A stretch of 64,000 nt of DNA, from the NCBI GenBank assembly GCA_938084645.1, contig CALKEP010000001.1:32001-96000 (forward strand), read 5' to 3'. A program made the translations under genes and the position numbers. The DNA is from an uncultured Phycisphaerales bacterium. Its GTDB lineage: Bacteria > Planctomycetota > Phycisphaerae > Phycisphaerales > SM1A02. Below the pieces are notes generated by a model, which made no database searches, had not been told where the DNA came from, and was given only the letters and a program-made list of their open reading frames with translations. Position 1 is the first letter of the stretch. The number at the start of each line of letters is the position of its first letter. Shown piece by piece: positions 19,709-30,043 of the stretch.

Positions 19709-21432
19709 ACCACACTCCGTTCCACATCCTCTTCCGCCGTCCGTCCACCGGTGGGCTCGCGCTCACCGCCGCCCTCGGCCTGCTTCTCACCGTGGGCTGC
19801 GACGGGATCCTCAAGCCGAAGACGCCGTACTGGCGTCCCGCCCCGGAGCAGGTCGGTGTCATCTCGCCGGTGGATCTCACCACGCGAAGCACGGCACCAC
19901 TGGAAGGTCCGGACGAAGCGATGGAGGCGGCGCTGGCGAATCGGCTGCCGATCACCACGCCCGAGGAATCCCGGACGATCGGGATCGCCGAGGTTCGCCG
20001 GGCCGTGATCGAGGGCAACCTCGACCTGGGCACCGAACTCATCTCGCCCGAGATCGCCCGGGCGAATCTCGGGGCGGAAGAGGCCAAGTTCGAGTCGACC
20101 CTCTTCGCGGGCTACACCCGGAACGATCAGGGCGTGATCACCAATCTTGAACAGGGTGAGCCGACGAGCAGTGACGAGTTCCTCGCCGGGATTCGACTTC
20201 CGCTCGCGAGCGGTGGCACGATCACCGTCGACACCCTCGCCACGCAGAGCGACCTCGGGTCGGGATTCCCCGGCGGACAGGTCGCGCCCTGGGAATCCAA
20301 TCTCAGATTCTCGATCTCCCAGCCCCTGCTCCGCGGCGCCGGCGCGGTGAACACCGCCTCGATCCGGATCGCGAAGTGGAATCGCGATCTGGCGGACGCC
20401 CGCCTCAAGCTGGCGACGATCCGGATTCTCGCCGATGCCGACAAGGCCTATTGGCGTCTCTACGAGGCGTGGCGTGAACTCGAGGTCAGGAAGAGCCAGT
20501 ACGAACGCGCCACCAGTCAGTTGGAGCGGGCCCAGCGACGACTGGATGCCGGCGACGCCCCCGAGATCGACGTCATCCGGGCGCGAAGCGGCGTGGGAAG
20601 CACGCTGGAATCCATCATCCGCGCCGACGCGTCGCTCCGTCAGCGACAGCGTGCTCTGAAGCGATTGATGAATCTCGCGGACCTTCCGATCGGTTCCGAG
20701 ACCGCGATCATTCCCGAGACCCAGCCGAATCCGATCCGCATCGAACTCGACGGGGGAGCGCTCGCGGCGGAGGCGATCACCAACCGGATGGAGATGCTCG
20801 AGCTGGAGATCCAGCTTGCGATCGACGCCACCACGGTGGACATTCGTCGCAATGAAGCGCTTCCGGTGTTCGCCTTCGATTACCGGTATTCAATTCAAGG
20901 CGACGACCAGACCTTCGACGCCGCGTATGGAGCGCTCGGCGATTCCGACAGTCATCGAATCGGCGTCAACGGCGAGATTCCGATCGGAAACGCCCAGCGT
21001 GAGAATCGACTTTCCGCGGCGATCCTGCAACGGGTCCAGCGACTCGCGACTCGGGCGGCACGCGGCCAGGCGATCGAATCGGAGGTCTTCGATGCGCTCG
21101 ACCGGCTTCGGCAGGCCTGGCAGTCGATCCTGGCGGCACGACTGGAGACGGTGCTCGCCGCTCGAACCGCGGTCGGCGAGGAACGCCAGTTCGAAGTCGG
21201 GATCCGGACGTCGACCGACGTGCTCGAGGCGCAGAGCCGCCTCGCCGATGCGCAGAGTCGAGAGGTCCAGTCCCTCGCCGCGTACCAGATCGCGCTGGTG
21301 GACATCGCCTTCGCGACCGGCACCCTCCTGGGCCAGTCGAAGGTCGAATTCCAGGAATCCGAGGACGGTGCGACGTCCGTCCGCGAAGTCTCCGCGGACG
21401 TCACCGACGCGTCCCCGGTCGACGACGGCTGA
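19705..21432 (+). CDS. TolC-family outer membrane protein (lipoprotein)
   Basis: ATGA overlap; lipobox LTVGC; ISQPLLRG, AYWRL, FEVGIRTSTDVLEAQ. Confidence 0.9.
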   Translation: MNHTPFHILFRRPSTGGLALTAALGLLLTVGCDGILKPKTPYWRPAPEQVGVISPVDLTTRSTAPLEGPDEAMEAALANRLPITTPEESRTIGIAEVRRAVIEGNLDLGTELISPEIARANLGAEEAKFESTLFAGYTRNDQGVITNLEQGEPTSSDEFLAGIRLPLASGGTITVDTLATQSDLGSGFPGGQVAPWESNLRFSISQPLLRGAGAVNTASIRIAKWNRDLADARLKLATIRILADADKAYWRLYEAWRELEVRKSQYERATSQLERAQRRLDAGDAPEIDVIRARSGVGSTLESIIRADASLRQRQRALKRLMNLADLPIGSETAIIPETQPNPIRIELDGGALAAEAITNRMEMLELEIQLAIDATTVDIRRNEALPVFAFDYRYSIQGDDQTFDAAYGALGDSDSHRIGVNGEIPIGNAQRENRLSAAILQRVQRLATRAARGQAIESEVFDALDRLRQAWQSILAARLETVLAARTAVGEERQFEVGIRTSTDVLEAQSRLADAQSREVQSLAAYQIALVDIAFATGTLLGQSKVEFQESEDGATSVREVSADVTDASPVDDG

Positions 21433-21437
21433 CCGCG

Positions 21438-21887
21438 TCAGTCCGGAGCGCCGGGGGTGGCATCGCCTTCGATCACCCGTTCCGCGGCGATCGCGATCGC
21501 GGTCGAGGCGACGGCGCGGAGCCGGTCGTCGATCCCCTCATCGTCGGCGAGGCCCTGAAGCGCCTCGACGATCCGATCGGTCCGCTGTCGGGAGATCCAC
21601 AACCCGTGCCTGACGAGCCCGGCGGCGAGGGTGGCCGCGTAGTACCGGGCCGCCAGTCGTCGATCGGTCGAGTCCTCTCCGCCCAGGCGGAGGGTCTTGA
21701 AGCCTCGCTTCAGGAGACGCAGCCGTTCAAGGTCCGCGTCGGGATCGGGGATGGGATCGCAGATCGCGGCGACGGCGTCTTGGCTTCCCGGTGCGAGTTC
21801 GAGGGCCAGCCAGTCGGCGGCGCTTCGCTCGGGATCCGCGCCGACCGAGATGGCCCACCGGAGGGAGTCGCTCAGTGAATCGGTCAT
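21438..21887 (-). CDS. Hypothetical soluble protein coupled to the ECF sigma gene
   Basis: ATG 21887 overlaps sigma stop; helical, no clear TM. Confidence 0.65.
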   Translation of the reverse strand: MTDSLSDSLRWAISVGADPERSAADWLALELAPGSQDAVAAICDPIPDPDADLERLRLLKRGFKTLRLGGEDSTDRRLAARYYAATLAAGLVRHGLWISRQRTDRIVEALQGLADDEGIDDRLRAVASTAIAIAAERVIEGDATPGAPD

Positions 21888-22639
21888 GAACCTTCCTCCG
21901 CAAGGAGGCGAAGCAGATCGCGGGCCTCCGAATCCACGTCGTCGGGCGAGGGCACGGTCTCGCCGATCTCGTGGAGAATGGCCCGGCCGAGCGATCTCTT
22001 TCCGTTGACGAGATAGGCCGCGGCCTGCGGCACGTCCCGAAGCCCGAGTGACTCCACCAGAGCGGCGTAGGGCGTGGGGCTCGAACCGTCGAGCATCGGT
22101 CGGATCAGCCTCGACTCGAGGATGATCCATTCCGTCTCACGGTCGGATTCGAGAAACGACGAGCGCACGGTGTCGACGGCGCGTCGAAGCAGGGTCGCGA
22201 CCCAGTGGCGGGTGAAGGACCGCTCGGGAGTCTCCGAGTTCGCGGAAGGCACCGCCGCGGGATCGGAGGCATCGAGTGACGCGACGAAGCCATTGGCCGG
22301 GCGTCGCTTGAGCGAGGCTTCGCGTCGATGCCGGTCCTTCAGGTAGTTGCCGATGGATCGGAAGAGCAGGCCTCTGAATCGGCCGCGATCCCGGTCGGCG
22401 CTGCCGGGCAGGTTCCGTTCGAGAATCACGTCGGCGACGAACCCCTGCACCACGTCGGTCGCCTCCTGGGGGGAGCAACCGGTGGCTCGCACGTAGGCGA
22501 ACAACGGAGGCCAGTAGCGGCGGACCAGTCGATCGAGGGAGATCGCACGAGATGGCGAGCCGACCCGGCCGGCATCGAGGATCATCGACCAGTCGGTGAG
22601 ACTCTGTTCGGCGCGAGCTGTCTCGGTGCGTTCAGGCAT
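21884..22639 (-). CDS. ECF-type sigma-70 factor
   Basis: TDWSMI, LVRRYWPPLFAYVR..EATDVVQGF, DRDRGRFRGLL..NYLKD (region 2); divergent region 4. Confidence 0.75.
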   Translation of the reverse strand: MPERTETARAEQSLTDWSMILDAGRVGSPSRAISLDRLVRRYWPPLFAYVRATGCSPQEATDVVQGFVADVILERNLPGSADRDRGRFRGLLFRSIGNYLKDRHRREASLKRRPANGFVASLDASDPAAVPSANSETPERSFTRHWVATLLRRAVDTVRSSFLESDRETEWIILESRLIRPMLDGSSPTPYAALVESLGLRDVPQAAAYLVNGKRSLGRAILHEIGETVPSPDDVDSEARDLLRLLAEEGS

Positions 22640-22771
22640 GGATCGATCACGGTGCATGAAACGGTGGCATCCCCGCGGGCCGCCCCCGGATTCGATACGC
22701 ATTCAGGATCGGCATCCGGATGAAAAAACAGGGATTCCCGTTGAATTCACGGTCCCCGATTCGCCGGAAGG

Positions 22772-24037
22772 CTAGTCGAGGCTGTTTTCGAGGCACCAGC
22801 CGGCGAGCCAGATTCCGCGTGAGGCCTTTCGTGGATCACGGAGGATCCAGGTCTCGGGGTCGGCCTCCATCATGCGGCGAGCCTGTCGAGCCGGTGCGGA
22901 GCCCACCTTCACGACCATCGGCTCGGCATCCTGCGTGTCGATCGTGATCGCGTGTATGGGATCGTCGTTGACCGAGGTGTTGGTGCGGTCGACGCCGATC
23001 AGGCGCCCCTTCACCACGACTCCGGAGGTCACAAGGCGCTTGCGGATGATTCGGTGCCGCAGGATGAACGCGGAGATGACGAGCGCAACGAGACCGACGC
23101 CGAGGAACGCGAGTCCCTCGATCTGCCCGCCGACGAGCGTGAAGACGCCGATTCCGGCGAAGACGGCGCCGAACACCGGTGCCAGGGCCAGTGGAAAGGT
23201 CGTGCCACCCCAGGCTTTTCGCGCGATCTGGGGGGGGATGTTCGCGCGGGGTGTCGGGGCGATCCGAAGCTGATCCAGCATTTCGCCGGTGATCAGCGTC
23301 CGGGCGATATGTCGTCCGATCAGACCACCCTGCGTGGTCAGATTCTGCACCGCCTCCTCGGCGTAGGTTCCATCGACGGCGTCGGCGGCACGTCGACCGA
23401 CCTCCGGATCGTCGACGATCGGACCCGCGGCGACGAGCGCATCCTCGAGCAGGGAACGCGATGCGGCTTCGTCCAGTCGGTGATCGTGTCTTCGCCCCAT
23501 CGTCCGTCTGCCGGCGTCCCCGCCGCCGATCGTGCTTCGACTTCCCGATGAGCCGTCGACGCTCCGTCGCGATATCAACACGCCGCGGCCGCTGAATTTC
23601 AGGTAGAGATCGTCGACCGAGAGGAGCGAATCGATCGCCTCGCGCCCGAGGAGCGCCCGGACCGAATCCACGTTGGCGGTCATCACCTTGTACCGATCGG
23701 AGAACTCCGGTTCGTCTTCGAACTCCATCGCGGGGAACCCGAGAATCGACACGACCATTCCCAGCACCTTCTCACCAAGACCGGCATCCGGCCGGATCTC
23801 GAATTCCGGCAACTTCGTTTCGGGGCGATGAAGGAACACCACGGTGTGCATCACGTCGTGCCCCATGTCATCGGAGTCGTGTTCGTGCCATTCGACGTCC
23901 ACGAGGATGTCGGATCCCAGTCCATGCTCCAGGACCCGTGGCGTTCCGAATCGGACGTCCGCCTCGTCGAAGTGGCTCTGGAGTTCGGCGAGTGCTTCCT
24001 TCCGGATCTCGCCTTCGGTGAATTCGTCGAGGTTCAT
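22772..24037 (-). CDS. Hypothetical membrane protein
   Basis: ATG 24037 after GGAG; LPEFEIRP..MEFEDEPEFSDRY soluble domain and two C-terminal TM helices. Confidence 0.75.
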   Translation of the reverse strand: MNLDEFTEGEIRKEALAELQSHFDEADVRFGTPRVLEHGLGSDILVDVEWHEHDSDDMGHDVMHTVVFLHRPETKLPEFEIRPDAGLGEKVLGMVVSILGFPAMEFEDEPEFSDRYKVMTANVDSVRALLGREAIDSLLSVDDLYLKFSGRGVLISRRSVDGSSGSRSTIGGGDAGRRTMGRRHDHRLDEAASRSLLEDALVAAGPIVDDPEVGRRAADAVDGTYAEEAVQNLTTQGGLIGRHIARTLITGEMLDQLRIAPTPRANIPPQIARKAWGGTTFPLALAPVFGAVFAGIGVFTLVGGQIEGLAFLGVGLVALVISAFILRHRIIRKRLVTSGVVVKGRLIGVDRTNTSVNDDPIHAITIDTQDAEPMVVKVGSAPARQARRMMEADPETWILRDPRKASRGIWLAGWCLENSLD

Positions 24038-24217
24038 CGTTGATCTCCGGTTCGACCCGCTTGATCGCAACGAACGGTGTCTGGGTGACGTCACGAATTG
24101 GAACGTCACCGTCCGGAGTATAGGGAGGTGCGATTGTTCGTCCCGACGCGGCACGGCGGATCGACGTGTTCGGCATGAGGAAGGCGGAAATCGTGTGCCG
24201 ATCGACGGCTCGAACGC

Positions 24218-24253
24218 GAAGAGGCCCGCCGGCGATCGCCGGTGGGCCTCTTC
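24218..24253 (-). terminator. Hairpin downstream of tmRNA (likely terminator)
   Basis: GAAGAGGCCCGCCGGCGATCGCCGGTGGGCCTCTTC near-perfect inverted repeat. Confidence 0.7.
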
Positions 24254-24305
24254 GTGTCGGTTCGAACGGGAGCGGTCTCGCGGAACGAGCCTTCCGTCGA
24301 AGAAG

Positions 24306-24652
24306 TGGAGCCGGGGGGATTCGAACCCCCGTCCCGAAACGTGCCGAAGGCCGCGTCTACGCGTGTAGTCGTCCCTTGATCTCGTTCACGACCCGGAGGG
24401 ATGACGACCCAAGCCGTGAACAAGGCATGCGAATGTCTCGATCCTCCAAGGCATGCCAGCCCTTCGGACCCAGCCCGATGATTTGCGGAATCCCACCCCA
24501 TCGGGCGTCAGATGGGATTCCGTCACGGCGATCAGGCCGCGAGAGCGTACTGCGTGTTGGCAGATAAAAGTTTGCATCCTTTTTACGTGGCATGGATGCT
24601 CCACGACGCGCAACGACAGACGATCATCGTCCGGTCGATACCAGTCGGCCCC
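24306..24652 (-). ncRNA. ssrA: tmRNA; tag peptide (A)ANTQYALAA* at 24561-24532
   Basis: 5' GGGGCCG pairs with 3' CGGCTCC-A with G3:U wobble; T-arm GGGGGTTCGAATCCCCC; 347 nt; resume codon GCC after TTTTATCT; CCA not encoded. Confidence 0.95.
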
Positions 24653-24781
24653 AGTTGTCAAAGAGCTTCGCCGAATCGGCGACACACGAGTATACGCCTC
24701 GACTCGACGAGACTGATCACGTTTCGGCCATGAATCGACCGTCCGCTTGTCGAATCACGGTTTTCCGTTGAGAATCCAGCC

Positions 24782-25264
24782 ATGACGGAAACGCCCACCC
24801 GCATCCTCTTCATCTGCATGGGAAACATCTGCCGGTCCCCGGCTGCGGAGGCGGTGTTCCTCCGCCTGATCGCGGACCGGGGAATCGCGGCGACGTTCCA
24901 CGTCGACAGCGCCGGAACCGGCGGGTGGCACGCGGGCGAGCCCGCGGATCACCGATCCCGGGGGGAGGGTGCCCGTCGTGGCTACGACCTCTCGACCGCG
25001 GCCCGGCAGGTCCACGACGGCGACTGGGAGGCGTTCGATCTGCTGGTCTGCATGGATCGTGACAACGCCTCCCTGCTTCTGGATCGCGGTGCCCCCGAGG
25101 CGAAGGTCCGGCTGCTGCTCGACTGGCACCCCGATCCGGCGCATGCCGAGGTCCCGGATCCCTACTACGGGGGGGAGGACGGCTTCGTGCACATGTACGA
25201 CCTGATCGAGGCGGCGTGCGAACGTCTGGTCGAGGAGCTGGAGTCGGGCGGATTGAAGATCTGA
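24782..25264 (+). CDS. Low molecular weight phosphotyrosine protein phosphatase
   Basis: FICMGNICRSPAAE, DSAGT, VPDPYYG. Confidence 0.95.
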   Translation: MTETPTRILFICMGNICRSPAAEAVFLRLIADRGIAATFHVDSAGTGGWHAGEPADHRSRGEGARRGYDLSTAARQVHDGDWEAFDLLVCMDRDNASLLLDRGAPEAKVRLLLDWHPDPAHAEVPDPYYGGEDGFVHMYDLIEAACERLVEELESGGLKI

Positions 25265-26217
25265 TGGAGGTGGCGGAGCTGCTCGAAGCCGTCGGGATCG
25301 CCGGCCGTTCCGTGGTCGTGCGTTCGTTGTCCGGGGATTCGGGGGCCCGCGTTCGTGTCGTCGAAATCGATCGCGAACGCCTCCTCGTCCTCAAGACGGT
25401 CTCTGTGGGAACGGGTCCATCAGCACGTGTTCGCTCGGCGGCCGGAGGGCCGACGAAGATCCACGAGGAGGCGGCAGGGCTCTCGCTGCTCGCGGCGACC
25501 GGAACCGTGTCGGTTCCGAAGGTGCTCGGATGCGGTCTGCATCATGGGACTGCGATTCTCGCGCTTGAGTACCTGCAGGCGACGGAACAGGCACCCATCG
25601 ACGAGTTCGCGTGGGTCGATTTCGGTCGGAGGCTCGCCGACCTCCATTTGGCGCAGCCTCCGCCCTGTGATGGGCGATTCGGGCTCGACCATGACAATCA
25701 TCTGGGGGCGACGCCCCAGGACAATCGGCCGGAATCGGAGTGGGGCACCTTCCTGGTGGATCGTCGGATTCGACCGATGATCGAGCGCCTGCGTTCCAGT
25801 CGACGTCTCCTGGGGTCGGAGGCTTCCGAGCTCACGTGTCTGGCCGACCGGATTCCGGCTCTTCTTCCCCCGGGCATCAGGCCGGGGCTCATTCATGGCG
25901 ATCTCTGGAGCGGGAACGTCCTGATGACCGCGGAGCATGGGGTATTCGTGATCGATCCCGCCGTGGTGATCGCGGATCCTCTGTTCGAGATCGGGATGAT
26001 GCGTCTGTTCGGCGGCTTTCCCGATGCCTGCGAAGCGGCCTTGCTCGACAGGCTGGCCGAGGTCGGGGGCGAGGAAATGCTGCATCGCTCGGAGGTGCGG
26101 ATCGAGCTGGGCAGGCTCAACCACCTGCTCAACCACTGGCTGCTCTTCGGGCGTGAGTACGCACCCGCGACCATGCGATGCGTCGAGGAGCTCGCGCCTC
26201 CTGATCCTGGTGCGTGA
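25264..26217 (+). CDS. Fructosamine/ketosamine-3-kinase family protein
   Basis: TGATG overlap; EAAGL, FGLDHDNHLGATPQDN, HGDLWSGN, IDPA, LFGGF, HLLNHWLLFG. Confidence 0.9.
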   Translation: MEVAELLEAVGIAGRSVVVRSLSGDSGARVRVVEIDRERLLVLKTVSVGTGPSARVRSAAGGPTKIHEEAAGLSLLAATGTVSVPKVLGCGLHHGTAILALEYLQATEQAPIDEFAWVDFGRRLADLHLAQPPPCDGRFGLDHDNHLGATPQDNRPESEWGTFLVDRRIRPMIERLRSSRRLLGSEASELTCLADRIPALLPPGIRPGLIHGDLWSGNVLMTAEHGVFVIDPAVVIADPLFEIGMMRLFGGFPDACEAALLDRLAEVGGEEMLHRSEVRIELGRLNHLLNHWLLFGREYAPATMRCVEELAPPDPGA

Positions 26218-27312
26218 TCAGCCGTGCTTCGCCGCGAAGTCCGACATGAACGATGCGAGGGCGTCGCAGCCGGCCGGGGGGAAGGCGTTGTAGATCGACG
26301 CTCGGATGCCGCCGACCGATCGGTGCCCCTTCAGTCCGTCCATGCCCGAGGCCTTCGCCTCGGTCACGAAGGTCTTCTCCAGCGACTCCTCGGGAAGGCG
26401 GAAGGTCACGTTCATCTCGGAACGGCTGCCCTCGGCGGCGTGGCCCCGATAGAAGCCACCACTCCCGTCGATCGCGTCGTAGATCGTCTTCGCCTTCGCC
26501 GCATTGTGGGTCGCGATGCCTTCGAGGCCGCCCATCTCGAGGATCCAATCGAAGACGAGGCCCATGCAGTACACGCCGAACACCGGAGGGGTGTTCAGCC
26601 GCGAGCCCTGGGCCGCCTGCTTGCGGTAGTCGAGGAGATCGATGGTTTCGCGGCACGACCGCTCGAGCATGTCCTTGCGGATGATCACGAGGGCGACGCC
26701 CGAAGGGCCGAGGTTCTTCTGCGCACCGGCGTAGACGAGGGCGTGGTCCGCATGATTCCACGGCCGTCCGAACATCTCGCTGCTCGCGTCGCAGACCAGG
26801 GGCGCGTCCGAGACCGGCGGCGTCGCGTACCGGGTGCCGTAGATCGTGTTGTTCGAGCAGTAGTGGAAGTACGCGGCGTCGGCCGTCGTATTCAACTCGT
26901 CCGCCGAAGGGCAGTGGTCGTACCCGCACGCGGAGCCGTCGAACGCGACGTTCACGTTCCCGAACTTCCGGGCCTCCTTGATCGCCTTGGTGGTCCAGGT
27001 GCCGGTGTCCGGATAGTCGGCGGTGGCGTCCTCGGGCAGGAAGTTCATGGGGATCATCCCGAACTGCATCGACGCGCCGCCCTGCAGGAACAGGATCTCG
27101 TGATCGTCGCCGAGGCCGGCGATCCGGCGACACCGGTCGATCGCCTCGTCGAAGACGCGATCGATCACCGGGCCGCGGTGGCTGTGTTCGAGTACGCCGA
27201 TGCCGCTGCCGTCGATGTCCCAGACGTCCTCGCGGATGCGCTCGAGTACGGATTCCGGCATCACGGCGGGGCCGGCGGAGAAGTTGAAGATGCGGGTGGT
27301 GGTGGCTGGCAT
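26218..27312 (-). CDS. serC: Phosphoserine aminotransferase
   Basis: FNFSAGPA, SHR, LQGGAS, YAGAQKNLGPSG, GHRSVGGIRASIYNA. Confidence 0.97.
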   Translation of the reverse strand: MPATTTRIFNFSAGPAVMPESVLERIREDVWDIDGSGIGVLEHSHRGPVIDRVFDEAIDRCRRIAGLGDDHEILFLQGGASMQFGMIPMNFLPEDATADYPDTGTWTTKAIKEARKFGNVNVAFDGSACGYDHCPSADELNTTADAAYFHYCSNNTIYGTRYATPPVSDAPLVCDASSEMFGRPWNHADHALVYAGAQKNLGPSGVALVIIRKDMLERSCRETIDLLDYRKQAAQGSRLNTPPVFGVYCMGLVFDWILEMGGLEGIATHNAAKAKTIYDAIDGSGGFYRGHAAEGSRSEMNVTFRLPEESLEKTFVTEAKASGMDGLKGHRSVGGIRASIYNAFPPAGCDALASFMSDFAAKHG

Positions 27313-27369
27313 GCTCGGCGCTCGCGTGGGTGTGTCGACGGATCGAATCGGATCGGGAAGTCTTGAGGA

Positions 27370-28632
27370 TCAGTGGGTCGAGACGTCGACGCTGATCACG
27401 TGCTCGCCGCCCCGGAGGGTCTCGGCGAGGTCGTCGGTCGGGGGTTCGGAGACGCGGATCCGGGCGCAGGCGGCCTTGCCGCCGACGTAGATCACGTTCT
27501 CCATGTCCTCGACGTTGAGGCCGCCGCGGCTCAGGGCGTCGCAGATGGTGGCCAGGACGCCCGGACGGTTGAAGTGCCGGATGGTGAGGCTCGCCGCCCC
27601 GGTACCGGACGCGATGTTGATGCAGTTCGGCGTGTCGCCGGTCTCGAGATGGACCCGGATCACCCGGACGGCCTCGGCTGCGATCGCGGCCTGGGCCTGA
27701 TCGGTGGACGCGCCCACGTGATGGGTGCCGTACACGCCGGGAAGCTTCACGATGTCGTCTTCGAAGTCGCCGGTGCCACTTCCCGGCTCGTTGGCGAAGA
27801 CATCGAGCCCCGCGCGGATGCCCTTCTCCTCGATGGCGGCGGCGAGGGCGTTCTGGTCGATCACCGATCCACGGCTGGTGTTCACCAGAATCGCGCCGGG
27901 TTTCATCGCGGCGAGGAACTCGGCGGAGATGAGATGGCGGGTGTCGTCGTTCGCGGCCACGTTCACGGAGATCACGTCGCACATCCGGGCGAGATTGATG
28001 AGGTTCTCGCACGCATGGCAGCCCGCGGACTCGGCCCGGGGCTCGGTGATGGAGCGGCTCCACGCGAAGACCCGCATGCCGAAGGCGTTTCCGCGATCCG
28101 CGATGGCCTCGCCGATCCGGCCGAGTCCCACGATGCCGAGGGTTCTTCCCGCGAGTCCGGGCGCCTTGGAATACTGCTTCTTGTTCCAGACACCCGCACG
28201 CAGGTCGGCCACCTGATCGGGAATGCGGCGGTCGCATCCCAGGATGAGGCCCCAGGCCAGTTCGGCGACCGCGAGCGAGTTCTTGCCCGGGCAGTTCGCC
28301 ACCGAGATGCCGCGGCCACTCGCGGCCGGGACGTCGATGTTGTCAGTGCCAGCGCCGGCGCGGACGATCAGCGCCATCTGTCCCGCCGCGTTGATCGCGT
28401 CGGCCCGGACCTTGGTGGAACGGACGACGAGAATCTGCGGATCGTGTTCGGCGATCGCCGCGGGCAGCGTCTCGGGGGTGAGGTCGGGATGGGACTCCAC
28501 GCGATGGCCGAGGGACTCGAGGGTCTCGATGCCGGACGCGTCGAACTTGTCGGCGATCAGGATCGTCGCGCCCTCGGACGTGTCGGTCGGATTCGTGGAG
28601 GACTGGGGCTGGGACATGGTTCCATTGCTCAT
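27370..28632 (-). CDS. serA: D-3-phosphoglycerate dehydrogenase with ACT domain
   Basis: RAGAGTDNID, GIVGLGRIG, NTSRG, HHVGAST, C-terminal HFNRPGVL. Confidence 0.9.
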   Translation of the reverse strand: MSNGTMSQPQSSTNPTDTSEGATILIADKFDASGIETLESLGHRVESHPDLTPETLPAAIAEHDPQILVVRSTKVRADAINAAGQMALIVRAGAGTDNIDVPAASGRGISVANCPGKNSLAVAELAWGLILGCDRRIPDQVADLRAGVWNKKQYSKAPGLAGRTLGIVGLGRIGEAIADRGNAFGMRVFAWSRSITEPRAESAGCHACENLINLARMCDVISVNVAANDDTRHLISAEFLAAMKPGAILVNTSRGSVIDQNALAAAIEEKGIRAGLDVFANEPGSGTGDFEDDIVKLPGVYGTHHVGASTDQAQAAIAAEAVRVIRVHLETGDTPNCINIASGTGAASLTIRHFNRPGVLATICDALSRGGLNVEDMENVIYVGGKAACARIRVSEPPTDDLAETLRGGEHVISVDVSTH

Positions 28633-29897
28633 TGAACGGGCTCCCGGTTGGTCTCGAATCGATGGGCGAAGAGTCCGCTCCGGAGTTTCGGCTCGAACCA
28701 GGTGGACTTGGGTGGCATGATCTCGCCCGCATCGGCGACGCGAAGGAGCTCGGTCATGCTGGTGGGATGCATGCTGAACGCGACCGCCCATTCGCCGGCG
28801 TCGACGAGACGTTCCAGTTCGGCCACACCCCGGCTCCCGCCCACGAATCCGATCCGGTCGTCGATGCGAGGGTCCCCGATGGAGAGCAGGGGGCCGAGCA
28901 CGCGATCCTGAAGCAGGGCGACGTCGAGACAGGCGATCGGATCGGCTCGATCGATGGTGGATTCGTCGAAGGTGAGCCGATGCCAGCCCGAGCCGAGTCT
29001 GATGCAGACCGAGCCGGAGTCGGTCGGTTCGGGCGTGATTCCGTCGGCGATCGCCTCCACCGCGCCGACCGAGCCCAGTCGTTCGAGGAAGTCCGTTTCG
29101 GACATCCCGGCGAGGTCCCGGACCACGCGGTTGTAGGGAAGGATCTGAAGCTCGGATTCCGGGAACACCACCGCGAGGATGCGGTTGTATTCCTCGTCAC
29201 CGCGGTGGTCGGGATTCCGGGCCGCCCGTTCCGACGCGATTCGACCGCCGGCCGCGGAACGATGATGGCCGTCGGCGATGTAGAGCTCCGGGACGTCCGC
29301 GAACATCGCACTGAAGGCGGGGGCGTCCTTGACCCGCCAGAGCGTATGGGTCACATCGTCGCTCACGAAGTGCATCAGAGGGCGATCGGTCGTGGCGGCG
29401 ACGATCGCGGACTTGATGTCATCGGCGTTGGGAGCGGCATCCCGAAAGGCGAGGAACACGGGTTCCGCATGAACGCTCGAGACGTCGAGGTGACGGGTCC
29501 GATCGTCCTCCTTCTCGGGACGTGTCTTCTCATGGCGGCGGATGGTTCCGCTCTCGTATTCCGAGGCGTCGACCGTGCACACCAACCCGAGCTGGCGGTG
29601 ACCGTTTCGAACGAGTCGGTACACGAAGAGACCGGGTTCATCCTCTTCCACCAGGACATCCGCATCGATGAGTCGCTCGAGATTCGATCGGCCTTGCTCG
29701 TAGACCTCCGAGGCGTAGGGGTCGGCGTCCATGGCGAAGTCGATTTCAGGACGGATGACGCGCAGATAACTGTTCGGACGTCCTTCGGCGAGGCCGCGGG
29801 CCTCTGCGGTCGAGATGACGTCGTAGGGGGGGCATGACACCTCCGCGGCGTGCGGCGGATGTGGTCGGATGGCCTTGAACGGGTGGATGATGCTCAA
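28629..29897 (-). CDS. DUF1015 family protein
   Basis: PFKAIRP, PPYDV, HEKT, YIADGHHRSA, MPPKSTWFEPKLRSGL; TTG start inferred. Confidence 0.92.
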   Translation of the reverse strand: MSIIHPFKAIRPHPPHAAEVSCPPYDVISTAEARGLAEGRPNSYLRVIRPEIDFAMDADPYASEVYEQGRSNLERLIDADVLVEEDEPGLFVYRLVRNGHRQLGLVCTVDASEYESGTIRRHEKTRPEKEDDRTRHLDVSSVHAEPVFLAFRDAAPNADDIKSAIVAATTDRPLMHFVSDDVTHTLWRVKDAPAFSAMFADVPELYIADGHHRSAAGGRIASERAARNPDHRGDEEYNRILAVVFPESELQILPYNRVVRDLAGMSETDFLERLGSVGAVEAIADGITPEPTDSGSVCIRLGSGWHRLTFDESTIDRADPIACLDVALLQDRVLGPLLSIGDPRIDDRIGFVGGSRGVAELERLVDAGEWAVAFSMHPTSMTELLRVADAGEIMPPKSTWFEPKLRSGLFAHRFETNREPVQ

Positions 29898-30043
29898 GCG
29901 GAACCTCCTTTCCGGACACGGATCCGGCGTTCCGCATTCTACCTTCAGAACCGACTTTGGAACGACTTGCACGGATCCGCGACGAGCCGGACCCGTGGAG
30001 GAGGGGGGCCTTGGAGAACCCACCGAAACGATCGACTTTCCGC

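Noticed and set aside
16361..21432. MacAB-TolC as the dedicated exporter of the upstream dockerin proteins
   Set aside because: Those proteins have Sec-type signal peptides and a terminator separates the units; adjacency is the only evidence
21438..24306. Genomic island integrated at the tmRNA 3' end
   Set aside because: No integrase, no duplicate of the tmRNA 3' end seen in the window, and no obvious compositional shift
24306..24340. tRNA gene suggested by the TTCGAA T-arm
   Set aside because: The matching 5' acceptor strand lies ~345 nt away and a tag ORF is present, so this is tmRNA
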